Below, in pieces: positions 61,345-64,000 of a stretch of DNA of 64,000 nucleotides (position 1 is its first letter; every line of letters begins with the position of its first letter). The stretch is from positions 11,062 through 75,061 of the forward strand of contig JBGPBV010000015.1 in NCBI GenBank assembly GCA_041481445.1, in the 5' to 3' direction. This stretch comes from Vicinamibacteria bacterium. Its GTDB lineage: Bacteria; Acidobacteriota; Vicinamibacteria; Fen-336. Both the position numbers and the translations under genes were made by a program. The notes beneath the pieces are model-generated. The model saw nothing but the letters and a program-made list of their open reading frames with translations, ran no database searches and was not told the origin of the DNA.

Positions 61345-61947
61345 ATGAGAGTGATCGGCGCCTTCGTAGCCCTGCTGTCGGTAGCCGCGCCGGCCCCGGG
61401 CCCCGTGTCGGTCACCGAGCCCAAGACCGGCCTCACCTTCGCGACCAGGGTCGGCGACATGTCGCTTCTGGGCGTCGGCCTGCGGACCAAGACGTTCCTG
61501 AGATTCAAGGTCTATGCCCTCGGGCTGTACGTTGCGGACCCCGCGTTGTCTGGACCCCTCGCCGTGCACAAGGGGAAGCTCGGCGCCTCGGCTTTCTACC
61601 GGGACCTCGTCGTCGGCGACTTCGAGAAGCAGTTCGTCCTGAAGCTCGTGCGGGATCTCTCGGCGGAGCAGATCCAGGGAACCTTCCGGTCTCACCTGAC
61701 GGCGGCCAATCCAGGGCTGCTCGACCAGTTCGTGTCCTACTTCGGCCCGACGAGGGCGGGCCAGGAGTGCGTCCTGCACTGGGTGCCGGGCGGAAGCCTG
61801 GAAACGACCGTCGGCGGAATCGTCAAGCCACCGATCGCGGACAAGGCCTTCGCGGACGCCGTCTTCTCCATCTGGCTTCGCGATCGCCCTGAAGAGGACC
61901 CGATCCGGAAGCAGGTCGTGTCGCGCGCCAAGGAACTGATCAGGTAG
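61345..61947 (+). CDS. Chalcone-isomerase-like family periplasmic protein
   Basis: Signal peptide MRVIGAFVALLSVAAPA. TGLTFATRVGD...LLGVGLRTKTFLRFKVYALGLYV matches the CHI-like fold family. Confidence 0.55.
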   Translation: MRVIGAFVALLSVAAPAPGPVSVTEPKTGLTFATRVGDMSLLGVGLRTKTFLRFKVYALGLYVADPALSGPLAVHKGKLGASAFYRDLVVGDFEKQFVLKLVRDLSAEQIQGTFRSHLTAANPGLLDQFVSYFGPTRAGQECVLHWVPGGSLETTVGGIVKPPIADKAFADAVFSIWLRDRPEEDPIRKQVVSRAKELIR

Positions 61948-62019
61948 CGGGCCTGCCGCTTGGCGACGGATGTATCCTACGCGCCCCCGCCGGGCGGCGG
62001 TCGGGGCAGGGGAGTGAGC

Positions 62020-63672
62020 GTGATCCGAAGCTCGGTCGTGGCGGCGATGCTGGGTCTGGCGGCGATGGCGGTGGCTGGGCCGCCGGCCGCCGAGGCGGCG
62101 GACACGGAGCTCGTCTCGTTGTTCCGCGAGTGGCGGTCCTTCCAGAGGCCGCCGCGGCGGGACGGCGTGCCGGACTACACGGCGGGCACCATGGCCGCCC
62201 AGCAGCGCGCGCTGGCCGCCTACCAGCGTCGCCTGGCCGCGATGGACCCGAGCGGCTGGCCGATCGCCCAGCAGGTGGACTATCACCTCGTGCGCGCGGA
62301 GATGAACGGGCTCGACTTCGACCACCGCCGGCTGCGGCCGTGGGCCAACAACCCGGCCTTCTACGTGACGGTCTTCACGTCGGAGAGTGACCAGCCCGCG
62401 CGCGAGGGGCCGCACGCCGACGCCGCGGTCGAGGTCTGGACCTTCACGTTCCCGCTCACGGACGAGCAGTCACGGCGCCTGGGCGTCGGCGTCCGAGCCA
62501 TTCCCGCGCTGCTCCAGCAGGCGCGGACCAATCTCGTCGGGAAGGGCAGGGACCTTTGGACGCTGGGCACGCAGGCCGTGCGGCAGCAGGGCGCCGATCT
62601 CGCCCTTCTGGCGTCGAAGGTCGAGGACGCTCCCGGCGGCCTGGCCGCCGACGTCCAGCGTGCGCGGGAGGCGACGGATGCCTTCGCGGCCTGGCTCGCC
62701 GAGCAGGCGCCCTCGCGGACGGGTCCTTCTGGAGTGGGCATCGCCAACTACGACTGGTACCTGGAGAACGTCCAGCTCGCTCCCTACACCTGGGCCCAGG
62801 AAGTCACGATCATGGAGCGCGAGCTGGCGCGCGCCCACGCCCTCCTCGCGCTGGAGGAGCAGCGCAACGCCGCGCTGCCGCCGCCCGTCCCCATCGCGAG
62901 CGCGGAAGAGCACGCCCGCCGCTTCGACGCCGCCATCACCGAGTACATGGCGTTCCTCAAGGACCGCGACATCCTCACCGTGCGCGACGACATGGAGCCC
63001 GCCCTGCGACACTCCATCGGTCCCTTCGACCCCGGCCCGCGCGAGTTCTTCACGGAGGTGGACTACCGCGACCCCGAGGTGATGCGCACGCACGGTTACC
63101 ACTGGTTCGACAAGGCGCGGATGGCGCACGATCCGCACCCGAGCCCGGTGCGCCGGGACGCGCTCCTCTACAACATCTTCAACACGCGCACCGAGGGCCA
63201 TGCCACCGGGTGGGAGGAGCTGATGATGCAGGCGGGGATGCTCGACTCCCGCCCGCGCTCACGGGAGCTCGTGTACATCCTGCTCGCCGAGCGCGCGGCG
63301 CGCGCGCTGGGGGATCTCCGGATGCACGCGAACGAGTGGACGCTCGAGCAGGCGGCGGCCTTCGCGTCGGAGAACACGCCGCGCGGGTGGCTGAGCCTGA
63401 AGGGCGCGCTCGTCCGCGACGAGCAGTTCCTCTACCTGCAGCAGCCGGCCTACGGCACCAGCTACCTGATCGGCAAGATCGAGGTCGAGAAGCTGCTGGC
63501 GGAGCGCAAGCGGCAGCAGGGCGAGGCGTTCCGGATGAGGGCGTTCATGGACGAGCTCGACGCCGCGGGCCTGATCCCGGCGTCGCTGATCCGCTGGGAG
63601 CTGACGGGGCGGATGCCGGACGAGGTCCGGCGGATGCTGGCCCCGGCGGCGCAGCCTTCACCGGCTCACTGA
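62020..63672 (+). CDS. DUF885-family secreted protein
   Basis: GTG start giving signal peptide MIRSSVVAAMLGLAAMAVAGPPAAEA. Length and helical composition are typical of DUF885. The ORF-track start at 61960 is a TTG. Confidence 0.5.
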   Translation: MIRSSVVAAMLGLAAMAVAGPPAAEAADTELVSLFREWRSFQRPPRRDGVPDYTAGTMAAQQRALAAYQRRLAAMDPSGWPIAQQVDYHLVRAEMNGLDFDHRRLRPWANNPAFYVTVFTSESDQPAREGPHADAAVEVWTFTFPLTDEQSRRLGVGVRAIPALLQQARTNLVGKGRDLWTLGTQAVRQQGADLALLASKVEDAPGGLAADVQRAREATDAFAAWLAEQAPSRTGPSGVGIANYDWYLENVQLAPYTWAQEVTIMERELARAHALLALEEQRNAALPPPVPIASAEEHARRFDAAITEYMAFLKDRDILTVRDDMEPALRHSIGPFDPGPREFFTEVDYRDPEVMRTHGYHWFDKARMAHDPHPSPVRRDALLYNIFNTRTEGHATGWEELMMQAGMLDSRPRSRELVYILLAERAARALGDLRMHANEWTLEQAAAFASENTPRGWLSLKGALVRDEQFLYLQQPAYGTSYLIGKIEVEKLLAERKRQQGEAFRMRAFMDELDAAGLIPASLIRWELTGRMPDEVRRMLAPAAQPSPAH

Positions 63673-63733
63673 CCTTCTCGCCGCCTGGACGGTTTTTCGA
63701 AACCCTCGCCGCGTCTGGTGCGTATCCAATGCC

Positions 63734-64000
63734 ATGGCGATCTCCAACCAGTTGAGGCACATCCTCCGGCGGCTGGCCCGGGCCCCCCTGTTCACCTCGG
63801 TGACGGTGGCGACCCTGGCCATCGCCATCGGGGCCAACACCGCCATCTTCAGCGTCTTGGAGGGCGTCCTCCTGAAGCCCCTGCCGTACCCGCGGCCGGA
63901 GGAGCTGGTCGGCGTCTGGCACACGGCCCCGGGCGTCAACATCACGGATTTGAACTCTGCGCCGTCCCTCTACTTCACCTATCGCGAGGACGGCCGGACG
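63734..64000 (+). CDS. ABC transporter permease, ADOP/MacB-like FtsX family, N-terminal fragment (3' end outside window)
   Basis: MAISNQLRHILRRLARAPLFTSVTVATLAIAIGANTAIFSVLEGVLLKPLPYPRPEELV is the stereotyped N-terminus of acidobacterial duplicated orphan permeases. Reading frame is open to the window end. Confidence 0.6.
   Translation, partial: MAISNQLRHILRRLARAPLFTSVTVATLAIAIGANTAIFSVLEGVLLKPLPYPRPEELVGVWHTAPGVNITDLNSAPSLYFTYREDGRT

Overview
The window is a high-GC (about 70%) bacterial chromosomal segment, probably from an Acidobacteria-like soil lineage. The clues are the ADOP-type FtsX permease N-terminus at the 3' end, the ECF-sigma/Ser-Thr-kinase/TolB-propeller pair, and the many Ser/Thr kinases and propeller sensor kinases. 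Most long reading frames in the six-frame track are GC-rich antisense or alternate-frame artefacts. The real genes tile the sequence with frequent ATGA/GTGA start-stop overlaps. The ORF track reports GTG/TTG starts as M.

Four blocks:
- **1–12.4 kb:** a plus-strand exopolysaccharide locus of the PEP-CTERM/exosortase-associated flavour. It holds three AsnB-like amidotransferases, four glycosyltransferases, a UDP-sugar 6-dehydrogenase, a FemAB/CelD-like protein and a DUF218 protein.
- **12.6–27.6 kb:** a tightly coupled plus-strand operon that I rate as the most interesting candidate system. It encodes a heme-oxygenase-like diiron enzyme, a carrier protein, two ANL adenylating enzymes, an SDR, a group-II PLP decarboxylase, a MetY-like PLP gamma-replacement enzyme and a MetA-like homoserine O-acyltransferase. 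A QW-repeat lipoprotein, a class-III aminotransferase and a bifunctional aspartokinase/homoserine dehydrogenase follow it. The arrangement looks like a dedicated fatty-acyl plus homoserine-derived amino-acid pathway (a possible uncharacterised biosynthetic gene cluster), not simply housekeeping methionine genes.
- **27.6–45.9 kb:** a second small glycan-modification islet, then a minus-strand signalling operon (FHA-GAF protein, TPR Ser/Thr kinase, HisKA_3 kinase, NarL-type regulator, proline-repeat secreted protein), a split HisKA-only plus GHKL-only pair, a propeller-type sensor kinase and a VapBC toxin-antitoxin pair.
- **45.9–64 kb:** housekeeping and other genes, including tdh, sdaA, lon, a quinol-type NO reductase, transporters, an ECF sigma and a MarR regulator.

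No rRNA, tRNA, CRISPR array or transposase was recognised. Gene ends follow the ORF track. Internal starts were chosen by motif and overlap logic and may be off by a few codons.
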